Shown: positions 26,101 to 37,900 of the stretch, piece by piece | How positions within the stretch are numbered: position 1 is the first letter of the stretch | Layout: every line of letters begins with the position of its first letter | Origin: Paraspadella gotoi | Taxonomy: Eukaryota; Animalia; Chaetognatha | Assembly (NCBI GenBank): GCA_051294375.1 | Contig: CM119271.1 | Coordinates: 11,799,896-11,863,895 of the forward strand | Length of the DNA stretch: 64,000 nt | Reading direction: 5' to 3' | Program-made: the position numbers and the translations under genes | Notes under the pieces: model-generated | Database searches by the model: none | Told to the model about the DNA's origin: nothing | The model's input: the letters and a program-made list of their open reading frames with translations, nothing else

Positions 26101-26566
26101 TTCAGAAGCGACGATTTAAAATATTCATAATTTCTGATACATGATGTTTTGGGGAAGAAAGAGTTGAGCATTGAGCATTGAGCAATGAGCAAGAAGAAGC
26201 TTCTCCGTCCGCCAAAAGAATTATCGTCACGACAGATTTGATCATCTGCATCATCTGCTTCGGCGGAAAATCCCAAGTCTCTAAATAGTAATTAGTATTT
26301 AAACACTAACATCTGAAGAAGTTATAACTTCACTTATGTCATAAAGGAATACAAAATTTTAACGATCAATAACTAATATTAACTATAAGTGGTAACATCG
26401 TAAGAAACGAGTGCGGCGACGGTCGGCGCCACTTGTAACAAAAGTACAACGACCACCTAAAATATACATCGACAATAATGTAACGATAACGAAAAAAAGT
26501 TAACTTTTCGAGGTAATAGAGAATTAAAGAGATTGTCTTAAAATCTAAAAAGATCCGTTCTCGTCC

Positions 26567-28782
26567 TCACGCTTCCAGATCCTCTTCCTCTTCCCCTTTT
26601 TTCTTGGCCAAAAAATGATGGACGGATTCGTAACCGAGAGATCGAGAGAGATTGTAAAGAATCCCCGTGGGGCATCGGCCCGATCTGTTGCGGCAGATGG
26701 AACAGTTGCAGATGCCCCTGCAAGGAGGGCAAGACCAAGAGGGGTCTTTGAGGGCGACCCTGGCGTCTTCTCCGTATCGATTGCGAAGACAGACTCCGCA
26801 GAATTGACCTCGGACGCCGACGCAGTCCTGGGGAAGATGAAGAAGAGGATTATTGTCGTTAAGACCATCAAAGTCAAAGATATCATCTTCATTCACTTTT
26901 CAATTTTTCTCTCGATTCAACTGCAAAACTGCGCCGCTTTCACTGCCAAATCAGACCGTGTGGACGCCGCCTCAACCCTTTGATTTCCAATGTTAACTTT
27001 ATAATTGACGGCAACATCTCTTTGTAAAAAAAATTCTCGTGTAACGATTATAAAAGTAAAAGAAATCAATTACAATCGAATCTGTTTCTGTCCATGATAT
27101 TGTCTCCATCACCAAATCATCGACCTAAAACAGAATTCCGAAACGAATATCACCATCGATCGCTGTGAATCAGAATAAATCAATAATGAAAAGTCAGTTC
27201 CGCCGTCTCTTAATATCTACGATGCATTACCTGAGAGCGACAAACTGTCTTCGTATCGAGAGTCTTTTGTCTACATTGATGACACGAAGTCCCGACAGAT
27301 GGATTGTAGACTTTTTCGGTGACGAAGTCGCAAACGTTGTCGAGATCTTCTTCGGTGATGTCATCCACGGGGATGACCTCGTGAGGTACACTCTGTAGGA
27401 AAAATTATGTCTGCTAAAGTAAATTTGCCTCTACTTCACTTATAAAATTATAACAGCAAAACCCTGTAAAAAACACGATGAGGTACACGACAGCGCACCG
27501 ACAGCAGACTGACAATTTTAAACCCGCCGTTCAAAAAAAAAAACCCGATTTCAATCTAGACTTTTCCCATTGTCTAGTTCATCAACACACAGAATAATTG
27601 TCATAATAATACAAATAGTACAGAGTTATATTTTTAAACAAACTCCCTCCAAAGACCTTTGTATGATGTTTCCTCCTCTTGACAAGGACGGCCTCCTCCG
27701 CTTCTCGCTCTTCGTCGTCGTCGTCGGAATAAACTTGGAGTCGCTCGTCGTCGCGAGAAGAGATTCGACGAAGGATCGAGTCGCGGGCGTCGGGTAGGCC
27801 GTGACGGTGGGCGTGGCTATCGCCGTCCACTCCGCGGGATCGAGTCCGCGGAGGAGATTTACGACTCGAATACTGAGACGAAAGAAATGTGAAACAATGT
27901 AAAAATTATCCATTACATATTATTACAGCTTTGAATCGCCCCCATTCATCTCAACCCCCACCCCATTCATCTCAACCCCCACCCCATTCATCTCAACCCC
28001 CACCCCATTCATCATCCATCCTCCCTTACCAAAAGTCTCCCGACGCTGGACTTTCGTCGCCGCGCTCCCTCGTCATCGTCGTCATCGCCTCGGCGCGATG
28101 GCAGCGAACGGCGCCGTTTCGACGCCCCGGCGCCCTTTATGTCCGCCATCATCTGGAGGAGAATCTTTTTGTTGTCGTTTGAGTTTTTGACCCTGAGATT
28201 TTCGATGTCGCCGTCGTCGTCGTCATCAGAATCGTCGTTGACGTTTTCTTTGTCGCTGTTGTTGTCGTCATCGTCGTTGTTGTTGTTGTTGTTATCATCC
28301 TCGAGTTTTTTCTCTTTCTTTTTTGCGGGAAATTTTGAAAAGTTGAACGGGAAACGAATTTTAAGTTTCGTTGGTTTCGATCGAGCGTCAGATTCGCGCG
28401 GGAAAAAGTTTTCATTCTCGTCTTCTTCCCCTTCCGCATCCCGCAGCATCTTTTCCTTCTCCCGCTGCGCTGCCGCGGCGGCGAGGTGTCGCTCCACTTC
28501 TCCACGATCCAGCATCACCGACGCCTCCTTGAGTTCGTGACGAAGGCGGGCGTCTTCGAAGGCGACCCTGACGTCGGTGAAGAGAGTAAGGGCGACCGAT
28601 TTTCGAGGACTGAAGCGCGTGAACCCGAAATTCTCCAGCACGGCCAATGGGGTCACCTTTGCCCGCTTCGATACCCGGCCGGGCGAAGGTGTGGCCTTCT
28701 GGAGCCCGGGCGATGGGGCCGCTTTTGGCCTCTTGGATCGCCGGCCGGGCTCATCAGACGTTGAGGCCCGCTTTCGCTTCAT
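26567..28782 (-). CDS. CDCA7: Cell division cycle-associated 7 family (zf-4CXXC_R1)
   Basis: [21 protein letters not shown]|[46 protein letters not shown]; ATG at 28782. Confidence 0.92.
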
Positions 28783-28870
28783 GGCTGCAAAAAAACAATC
28801 AACAACCGATAATGTAAATAAAACTAAGTAAATTAACAAATGGATATAAAAACATATCAAAAACGATCTA

Positions 28871-31172
28871 TCACAAAAGCGCCGGCGCCAAATCGGAAGA
28901 CTTGATCTTCTTGGTCGAGGAATTCTCGGCCTTGGCGATTCGGCTCCCGAATTGAATGGCCCTCTTGGCTCGAAAGGCCGTGGACCTGAGCCCGACCTTC
29001 CAAGCGGCCGCCCTTAGGAGAATCTTCTCGCCGACTCCGCGAGGGAATCTCGGGTCTGCCTTGAGGTGGACGGGGAGTTTGTTGACAAAATCCGCGACGT
29101 CTTCGTCCAAATAAGGAAGTCGAGATTCTCTTCCGTGATCAGCGACGACTCGATCGTCACGTCCGAGATTTCGACTCGAGATTCTCTTCACGTCTTTCTC
29201 CATTTCCTCCGCCATCGCCGCCCACCCGCCGGCGCCGAATCGAGCAGCGTGCCGAGAATATCCGCCCAACAGTTCGTCGGCGCCGGATCCTAAAAGAACC
29301 ACCCGCGCTTTCGATCGGTAATCGGAAATCTCGACCGAAGGAGCTGAGGAATCGTTCGTCGGCGCCAACAAACGACCCTCGCCCCGCGCCGCGAACCAGA
29401 TGGCGGTGCCGATGGAATCGTCTAAAATTGTTTTGAGAGGAAAAACGAGTTTAGCGACGAAAGACTTGGATCTAATTCGATCTTCGTTGTCAACATCGAT
29501 GGCGACGAATCTCCATTTGCGTCGAGGATTCAACGCACAGAGTTCCCGCCAAGCCGCCAAACCGCTTCGTCGATCCGGTACGTCGAACGGGGACTCTGTC
29601 CGTCCGTCATAGAAAGGTTCGGCCGCGCTCTTCTTCGAGCGGCTCGTCGACTTTGCGCCGGAGACTTGGAATGCGACGTTGAGGAGGTCGATGGGTCTCC
29701 TTTCCTCCAGCGCCTCGTCCGCGAGGACTGCCAAGAGGGAGCAGTCGACGCCGCCGGAGAAGAGAATGCCGACGTCGGCGTCGGAGGCGTTGGCGACGCG
29801 TTTGGCCACGGATCTTCGAGTCAAATCCAAGAAGCGATCGACGGTGGAGGCGAAATTCGGAACGGCGATCAAGGATTCAACGAATCGAAGATGAGAGGTT
29901 AAGTCGTCGTCTTCCTCAGTAGCAAAAGGCGTCGAGGTCGTGGGCAGCAGGTCTTCAAGCGTCGGAACGTTCTTCTCCACGTCGGCGACGATGGGGTCAT
30001 TCCGCATGACGTCGCTCGCGCGGATTCGAAGGCGAAGAGCGGCGTCGTCCCAACGGAGGTGAGAAAAACGGAGGCGACCATCGAGGTCAGTCTCGATATT
30101 AGACTGAGGATCGGAGTGACAGACGGACAGACGGATTTCATCGATCCAATCCGATCCATCGATCCAGGGAAAGAAGTCGAGGTCCAGGTCGTTGGATCGG
30201 AATGCCTGCGATGGCCGAAGCTTGAAGATGCCTGAAGGAAAAAGTTAATTTTATATCTTAATTGATTATTTAAAACTACTTTTATTATTAAACTACTTAT
30301 TTTAACTGTTGGGTCCCTGGAACATATACTAATGAATGCATAACGATAACTATATTACAACTTATACACGAAACATTCTTTGAGAGTCATCGCATGTACC
30401 GTGATAAAGTTCGGAAAGTTCAGAGTCTTTGGAGATTCCTCTTCACGATTCCGTCTCCACCAATTAGATAAAAAATTTCACATGGGTTACTTGTACTCCC
30501 ATGTGAAATTTTTTTATCTAAAGCATTTAACAATAATTAAATCAGCAACATTCAAATAACGCGATACGACAATATTTCTCATTCTCAACCTTTCCAACCT
30601 TTCGCCGGGACTTCCTGCCATCCCTCGTCCGCCGCGGCGTCCACAGCGGAACAGATCGTCAACCTTCGCTCGCCGGACTCTTCACCACGCCGCAACGACC
30701 AAAGAAGACAGCGACGACCGAACACGTCGCGCCCGAACCACAACGCGTCGGCGCATGCGCGGTAGTAGACGAAAGCGTACGGACCACGAAGTCTCTTTAG
30801 AGATCGTAAGACGAATTGGTCGTCGTCGTCGTCGTCTTGGCGATCGGATAGAAATGTAAACAAAGCGATCGTGTCGCTTTCGTCATCTCCGATCGAAAGG
30901 CCATCGAATATTTCTCCGTTCCACAAGAGGGCGTCTCCCGATGAGTTGGTCAAAGGTTGGGCATCGCTCGACGAGGTACCGCGCATGCGCAGCGTGGCGG
31001 AGAAAAGGCACAAATGGGAGGTGTGGCCATCGAGAAAAACCTCTCTGGAAAAGTCTGGTCCGCGTCGTCGCAATGTTTCGACCAAATTGTTTCGGAGGTA
31101 ATTTTGACAGAGCGAATTCTCGCCGGAAATGCGTTTCTTGCAATCGCAAACGATGCAGCAAATGCCGCACAT
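28871..31172 (-). CDS. ASNSD1: Asparagine synthetase domain-containing protein 1, 2 exons
   Basis: Motifs MCGIC, RRRGPD, LLWNGEIF, ILFSGGVDCS, GSGADELLGGYSRH, RNLGRDDRV and KRAIQFGSRIAK. Confidence 0.95.
30464..30521. repeat. Perfect ~23-bp-arm inverted repeat in the ASNSD1 intron
   Basis: ttagataaaaaatttcacatggg...cccatgtgaaattttttatctaa. Confidence 0.85.
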
Positions 31173-31386
31173 TATTTTAATATACCAGCATCAGATTCCG
31201 AAAATTTTAGATAAAAGTTAGGTGCAGCATCGGGGAAGCTGCAAAAGTTGCAATTTGTGGTCATCCTCTTTTTTTAATTAAAATATTGAAGATGTCGACT
31301 GCAGAAAAAAAAGGGAGAATCAATAAATAACAATCACATTACGAGTCGACAGTTAAGTAAAACTATAACTGGCTCTAAAGAAGGAA

Positions 31387-31932
31387 TCACTTTTCCTCTT
31401 CCGGATCGTACCCCAACATCATGACCCCGGGCACCAACTCCGGCTGCCGCAGCCGTTGCTCCGCCGCGGGATTCTTGGCGTGCGCTGCCATCAACCGCAT
31501 GACGGAATTGTCGAATTCCGTCGGGACGTCGAGTGCGCCCGTCATCCAGTAGTAGAGATCCCATTCGTTGGAAGGTCTGTTAATGAGTTCGTCGTACATC
31601 CGGAGATGTTCCGCGTCGAATCCGGATAAATATTTATCGGCGAAATTGCTGATCAGGATATCGTTCTCGGCCATTCCTCGTTTCCGGCTTTGATAGAGAA
31701 GGCGAGCTCTCATCGTATCTTCGTCTTCTTGTCTCTTCTTCGGCGTCGGAAGAGGAAACTCTTCCTCGTAAGATGCTTGGGTGTTGATAGGCCAATCGGC
31801 GGGGGTGAACACGACAGGGTCGTCGTCCTCTTTCTTGTCGCGAAAAAGTGGAGACGACGAAAAGGGACGAAGGGCGATCGCGGATCGAAGGGCGAAGACC
31901 AACGGCGAATTCGGAACCAAACGACGAATCAT
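31387..31932 (-). CDS. SDHAF2: Succinate dehydrogenase assembly factor 2 (Sdh5)
   Basis: RARLLYQSRKRGMAENDILIS...YDELINRPSNEWDLYYW. ATG at 31932 begins an Arg-rich presequence-like MIRRLVPNSPLVFALRSAIALRPFSSSPLFR. Confidence 0.95.
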   Translation of the reverse strand: MIRRLVPNSPLVFALRSAIALRPFSSSPLFRDKKEDDDPVVFTPADWPINTQASYEEEFPLPTPKKRQEDEDTMRARLLYQSRKRGMAENDILISNFADKYLSGFDAEHLRMYDELINRPSNEWDLYYWMTGALDVPTEFDNSVMRLMAAHAKNPAAEQRLRQPELVPGVMMLGYDPEEEK

Positions 31933-32556
31933 TTCGATGTTTCGCTCTTGGTCGCAGTCGCTTCTTCGAAAAGAGCGTAGAGTTGACCGACCTGTTCGGC
32001 GCGGAACAACTCCAATTGTTGCTCGGAGAGATCGACGCCGAAAGACTGGAAGGCGGTTCGTTTGGAGAGTTGCTTGGAGAGAGTCACGGCGTAGTTGAAC
32101 CACTCGGAGAGAAATTCGTCAGCCTCGGGTTTCGAGCAGGATTTGTGCCGCTTGAATTCGTCTCTGGGAAAAGAGAGAAAAGATTAATACATACTAAAGT
32201 TCACATTAAACTCAAGCATTTAATGAACAAGCTATGCAAGATTCTCCATCCAAAACCTCTGACTTTTGAGTTTCGACAAGCTTACATCCCTCAAACAGAA
32301 TAAGCACATAGCAAAACCCTGCAAAGCCTCAATTCAAACTCTCTCACAGTCTAACTGATCAACTCCCAAAGTACCCGGCTTCCTTATCAATGAATTGATA
32401 ACACTGCCTCCTCTTCACGAGTCACCTGCAATAAGAATCACCCAACACCTTGAACTCGGCCGGGAGTCCTCGATGCAGCCGAAGAATTCTTTTGAAGAGA
32501 CTTCGCACGATTAACACGTGGTTCGGCTGAAAGACTTGCGCTGCTACTTGACTCAT
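31929..32556 (-). CDS. SDHAF3: Succinate dehydrogenase assembly factor 3 (ACN9/Sdh7, LYR family), 2 exons; not in the ORF track
   Basis: Exon 32556-32426 (MSQVAAQVFQPNHVLIVRSLFKRILRLHRGLPAEFKVLGDSYCR) joins exon 32163-31929 (DEFKRHKSCSKPEADEFLSEWFNYA...FGVDLSEQQLELFRAEQVGQLYALFEEAT...SK*). Confidence 0.9.
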
Positions 32557-32823
32557 CACTTAGACTACAATAAAAAGTATAAAACGAATGTAAAAATACA
32601 TTAAATTTAAAATGACAGTCGAAATTGTGAGCGAGAGAAAAAAAATTATACCCAAAAATACAGGAAAGCGACCAAAAAACACACACACAAAAAAGAAAAA
32701 ACCTGGGAAAACCTGGAAAAGAGTAAAAAGAAGAAGGATTGAGAGGCGGAATCCAAGTGAGAGCAGCAAAGGACATTGTTTCGGAGATCAGGAATCACAC
32801 CCCAAAATTGTGAAAGAAATGTT

Positions 32824-33783
32824 TCACGGAAAAACTCGGATGATGAACAACCACATCAAAACAGCCAAGGCGACGAGAGTGACAGTAAATCCCCCTTTGG
32901 CGAAAGTCAACGCCCACCGACGCAGAGCCTCCCCGCGTTTGACGTCGCCGCGGCGGAGCCGCCTTCGCGACGCCCACCACAGCAGCAGCGGAAGAGGAGC
33001 GAGGAGGTTGACGACGGAGCAGAAGAGGAAGAGGAGGATTTGATGCCAGGGGGTCGGGTCTTTGAAGGTCGGGTGAGGGAGAGGTGAGATTGGGAAGTCG
33101 TCGTCGTCCGTATCTTTGAGATTTCTCCGTCGAAGGGATTGTTGTTGTTGTTGTCTTTATCTTCTTCGTTGCCGAAAGGAGTCAGAGATTTGGGCGTCAC
33201 TTCGCCGGCGTCTTTCCCTACGGAATCAGTTTCTGGGACGAAGAGGGCGGCCCTTTAATCTCTCTCTCTCTCTCTCTTTCTTGATACTTTCTCCCCCCCC
33301 CCTCACACTTCTCTCGCCTTTCGCACAGAATTATTCGGTCAATGAGGTTGAGGTGCTGAATCTTCTGTCTCTCTCTCTCTCCCCCCTATTCCCCCTTTTT
33401 CAATCTAATTTCAAGGATTTTCCTCCCTCTATTCTTTCATCTATTCCCTATTCTATTCCCAATTCTATTCCCTATTCCATTCTATACCAAATTCTTTCAT
33501 CTATTCCCTATTCTATTCCCTATTCCTTTCTATTCCCAACTCTTTCATCTATTCCCTATTCAATTCTATTCCCTATTCTTTCATCTATTCCCTATTCTAT
33601 TCCTTATTCTATTCCCTATTCTTTCATCCCCCTCATGTACCGTCATCGTCTTCCCTCGGACGTTCTCCGTCCAAAGCAGACGCGCCACCGGTTGCTTAGC
33701 AACGTCGCGATCGTCGAGGAGCGACTCCTCGGGGTCGTTTCTCCGCGATTCGTTCATCTCGTCTCCGTGGGAGACGCGTCCAT
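32824..33783 (-). CDS. CD225/dispanin-like membrane protein with an acidic N-terminus; apparent indels
   Basis: The last exon encodes DPTPWHQILFLFCSVVNLLAPLPLLLWWASRRRLRRGDVKRGEALRRWALTFAKGGFTVTLVALAVLMWLFIIRVFP*, two hydrophobic segments around a basic GD loop. Confidence 0.55.
33425..33630. repeat. Degenerate (CTATTC/CTATTCCC)n simple repeat in an intron
   Basis: Direct inspection; it explains the IPYS repeats in ORF 33116-33886. Confidence 0.85.
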
Positions 33784-34971
33784 TTTTTTTACCGCGAGTT
33801 CAAAGTCGGATTCGTCGGGTTCAGTTCGATCTTATCTCATTTTTTTATTTCATTCTGTCGAACTTCGAAGTGATTTCCCGGTTTAAAGAACCCACGATAA
33901 TTTTGAAAGTATGTAATAATTAAATGTTTTCCCATAATATAATTTTTTAATTTTTTAATTGAAACCGAATCACGGAAAATCCCAAAAATAAACACATCTT
34001 TATTAATTATTTAGCAAGAACTTCGTAAAACTATATTTATAAATTTTCACTATAGGAATGACTGTGCTAAGTAAGAAAAAACACTTATTTTTCTAAATAT
34101 TTTGGCAATATATTTTTATACATCTGTACAAACTCTATCCATACACATCAGTGAAGCATAAAGAGAAAAACTGAAACATAACAAGCACAAATAAGTAGAA
34201 GGAAGAGAGAGGAGAGAGACAAGACTTAAGGTCAAGAAATAAACTAAAAGTAAAAAGAAAAATGTAAGCACAGAAATTCCTATAGTAAAATTTCATAAGA
34301 TCTTAATATTACTCCCTGTGCTTGATGACGTTTAAAGTGATATTTATTTTCATTTTTCCCTGATTGTCAAAATTGCCCCTCCAACTCCAAGTTCCTTCAT
34401 TTTAGATACGGTTACTGGTTAGTAATGCGGAAGGAGGGCAGATTTAATTTTATAAAATATTTATATTCTCTTTTATATTTGTTGATGTGAGACAACTTTT
34501 AAATAATCCTCGTTTAATAATGAATTTATTGATAAAAATCAATGCAATAATGTTTGTCAGCGCATAATGACTTTTTCTATAAACCACAATCCATGATTCC
34601 CAAAATATAAGAAGAAAATATTCAAAGGAACTGGTCCAATAATTAACCTAATGTCATCCGACGATATAACATGGCAACGAGACGGTTGCAATTATTCGGA
34701 AGAGTTAAAATGTGATAATAACGTGTAATAAATAAAATCCAAGAGTCAATTAGATAAAAAAAAATACGTTGCAACGAAATATTAAATTAATATCACGAGA
34801 CGGTTAAATAATTATTATCATTATTCCCATCAACGACTGGAACCAATTAGAGACTGGAGATAGAGAGAAAAAAAAAGCATGGTGAGCAATATTCGAAGGT
34901 AATATTATTTTACCTAAAAAAAAACACAGATTCACAAATGGGATGAATTTAAGCTCTGAATCTCGGGTCAT

Positions 34972-37900
34972 TCATCGCGGAAGAGATGATTGAGCGCGAC
35001 CGGAGCCACCCTCGACGATCCGCTTGATCAGCGGGTAATCGTAGACCCAATGTTCCCCGTTTTCGTGGAAAGTCTTCGTCTCCCACTTGACTCCGCGTTG
35101 GGCTCGATCTTTGGCCTCGTCTCTCTGTCTCTGTTCGAGTCGAGACTTGAACGTCGTCGCCTTCTCCACCATCCGGTTCTGGCGAGAGAAAGAGAGAGTG
35201 AGAGACGATGGAGAATTTGAGAAAATGGATCGGTACCCCTTAGGCCCTTACCTTGAGACAGTAGGTGACTTCCTTCCACAATCTTCTGGATTCAAACTCG
35301 TCCTGACTTCCAACGGGTTTCACTTGTTTCGGAATCACGGGCATCGTCTTCGTGTTCACGAATTCCGACGTCATTTTCTAAGAAAATAAATAAACGGGAA
35401 TCCACGTCTAAGAAATTGCTCCGATCCTTTTCTAAGAAATCCCAAAGAAAAGCCCCAAAAATAAATGACATTTCCGAGAAATGCGGATACCGTTTTTCCG
35501 TCGGTGGCAGTCACGATTCCGTTCCAATGTCCCTCGATGACCAAGAGAGGCTTCTTATCGACCGGACTGTAGACTTCGGCCTTGAGTTTGTTCTTCTCTC
35601 CGCCGTAAAAAGGTTTAGTGAAGAAATCGATCTTCCCCCAATATCCAGTCTTCACGCATTTGATCTCGCAGGTTCCGCCGAGTTCCACCCACGGAACGGT
35701 TAAGATCGATCTGCGGGATGGAGGAGGAGGAAGGATAGAAGCTAAAGAACTTACCCGCCGCGAGAACTCACCTGCCGTAAGCTTTGGGAAAAGTGATGAC
35801 GTAATCTTCTTCGTGTTCGACCAATGTGACGACGCCCTGACCGATCATCTCGACTCCGATGGCCAAGCCTGATTGATTGAGTGATTGAATGGTATAACCA
35901 ATATAAAAATTATACATTTATTTAATAAATAAGCAATCTTGCCCCTAACCTTGGACAGGCTTTGGTGGTTTAAGGCCTCCATCACTCTTACAAGATAATG
36001 ACATAGCAGGTCCCTGCAAGCTTACAATCAAGACTATCTCAGTCTCGTTTAGTCACTCACCTATTTGATTGGCCCGATGGATTTATTGAATTAATTGATT
36101 TTACATATTAAAACACAAACACAAACAAACATGATCATTTACCAATGTAAAAAATTAATATTAAACATTTAGGGTAATAGAACAAAAAATTAACAAAGCT
36201 TAATCAGAATAAGACAATATGCAAATTAATCTGCTACAAAAACCCACCAAGAAACTTTGATTTGGTCCAGATGTAACCGTTGGCCGAAATCTGGTGGGCG
36301 GGGCACTCGGCGTAAAAGGCGGAGATGGGCGGATGGTGAGAAACCTGCTCGGCGATGAAGGCCACGTCGGTGTCCCTCGTCCAGGGACAAGGGCTGCCCT
36401 CGGTGTCGAACCGGATTTTGGGATCCGGATCGGAGAAAGCGTCGCCAGTCGTCGGGTCCATCCAACACTGAAACGTCTCGCCAATGATCGGATTGTAGGG
36501 TTTCTTGGCCACGTCGGAAGGGCGGCCTGATGAAAAGATGGCATCAGGGGGAGGGGCAAGAAAAATGGCATTAGGAGGAAAGGAAAGGAAAATGGCATAA
36601 AGGAAGGAGCAGATGGCATAAGGGAGAGAAGAGAAAAGAGAGAGAGGAAAGTAGAAGGCACCGGGAGAGAAAATGAGGGATGAAAAAGGGAAAGGGTCGG
36701 ATCAATTTTTATTCTTCCATCTGCAATTCTGCATTCTACAATATCTAAATATTAATTTGAACTTAATTTCAACTTTTTAGTAAAATCTAACCGGCGTGAA
36801 AGGCTGAGAGATACCACCGCATGCACTGGACCATCCTCTCCTGCGGCGTGGGACACGTGGCGATCTTGACGAAGAGATCGGGATGAGCGAAGAAGTCCGC
36901 GTACATCTCAAGCAGGGAACGTCGTTCCAAGATGTAGGTAGGGAGGGTGATCTTGGTCAGGTCCATTCCGATTCGGAGCTGCCGGGAGGGGAGGGGGTGA
37001 AGGGGTGAAGGGGAGAAGGGGAGAAGGGAGAAGAGGCGGGAAAAGAGGAAAAAGGATTGATTCGGATAACAATTAAGGGAAATATGAATAAGTTAGAACT
37101 CTAATCAAATAATCAAACATTCCCCGATCCCCGATTTAAGAGAGCGAAACATGATTTGAAAAAAAAATCATACCACTTCATTGATAGGGAAGCCAAGTAC
37201 TAAGTGATAAACTAGTCTGTCTAAGAGTCTTGATTAAAAGCTTGCACAGGATTTTGCTATGAAAATTTGCAAATTACTTGTTTCACTATTTTTTCTATTT
37301 TATGTTATTATCTTGTAAGAGGGATGGAGACCATAACCCACGACAGGTTATTTATTGAACAAATAGATAATTTTTATTTCGGTTAAACCAGATTTATAAC
37401 AAATGATTCCCCACCTGAGATATCAAATGGCCGATCATGGACGACTGTTGACTGACGTCTCCCACATCGTCGTCTTCTTCGCCGCCATAGAGTTTGTCCC
37501 ACATGGGGTCGTTCCATTCGGCGATTCCTCCGCCTTCTCCTCCGAAGGGACTCGGACCCACGACGGAAGGGGTCATTCCGTGGGAGGAGTAGGAGGAGAC
37601 TGGAAAAAGGTGGTCATCAGGAAGGGAGGAAGTTGAACAAATGGTCACCACTTTTTCGGGTTATTTATAAAAATTTCATCTCTCTTATTACAATCCTTTT
37701 GTTTTTTCACAGTTCTACTCTTGAAGATCGCTTTGAGAACGAAGAAAACTGACACAATAATGGAATCGAGATTCTTTCGTGATTCAAATAAATAGGATCT
37801 CAAAAATTTACCCGGGGGGAAAAACGCATTTGATAAAACTTAATCAATTTTCGGGAGCAAATAAAACAACGGACCCCGCAATAACCCTTCCTCTCACAGG

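Noticed and set aside
26190-26280. SECIS-like stem-loop on the minus strand
   Set aside because: Helix II and the AA-to-GA spacing are too short, and no in-frame UGA was seen in the CDCA7 exons read.
31173-31386. ASDURF uORF upstream of ASNSD1
   Set aside because: The spacer is too short and holds no suitable ORF.
33754-33783. Second ATGA overlap (9-codon uORF into the dispanin-like gene)
   Set aside because: This exon has other apparent indels, and a single-base error explains it equally well.
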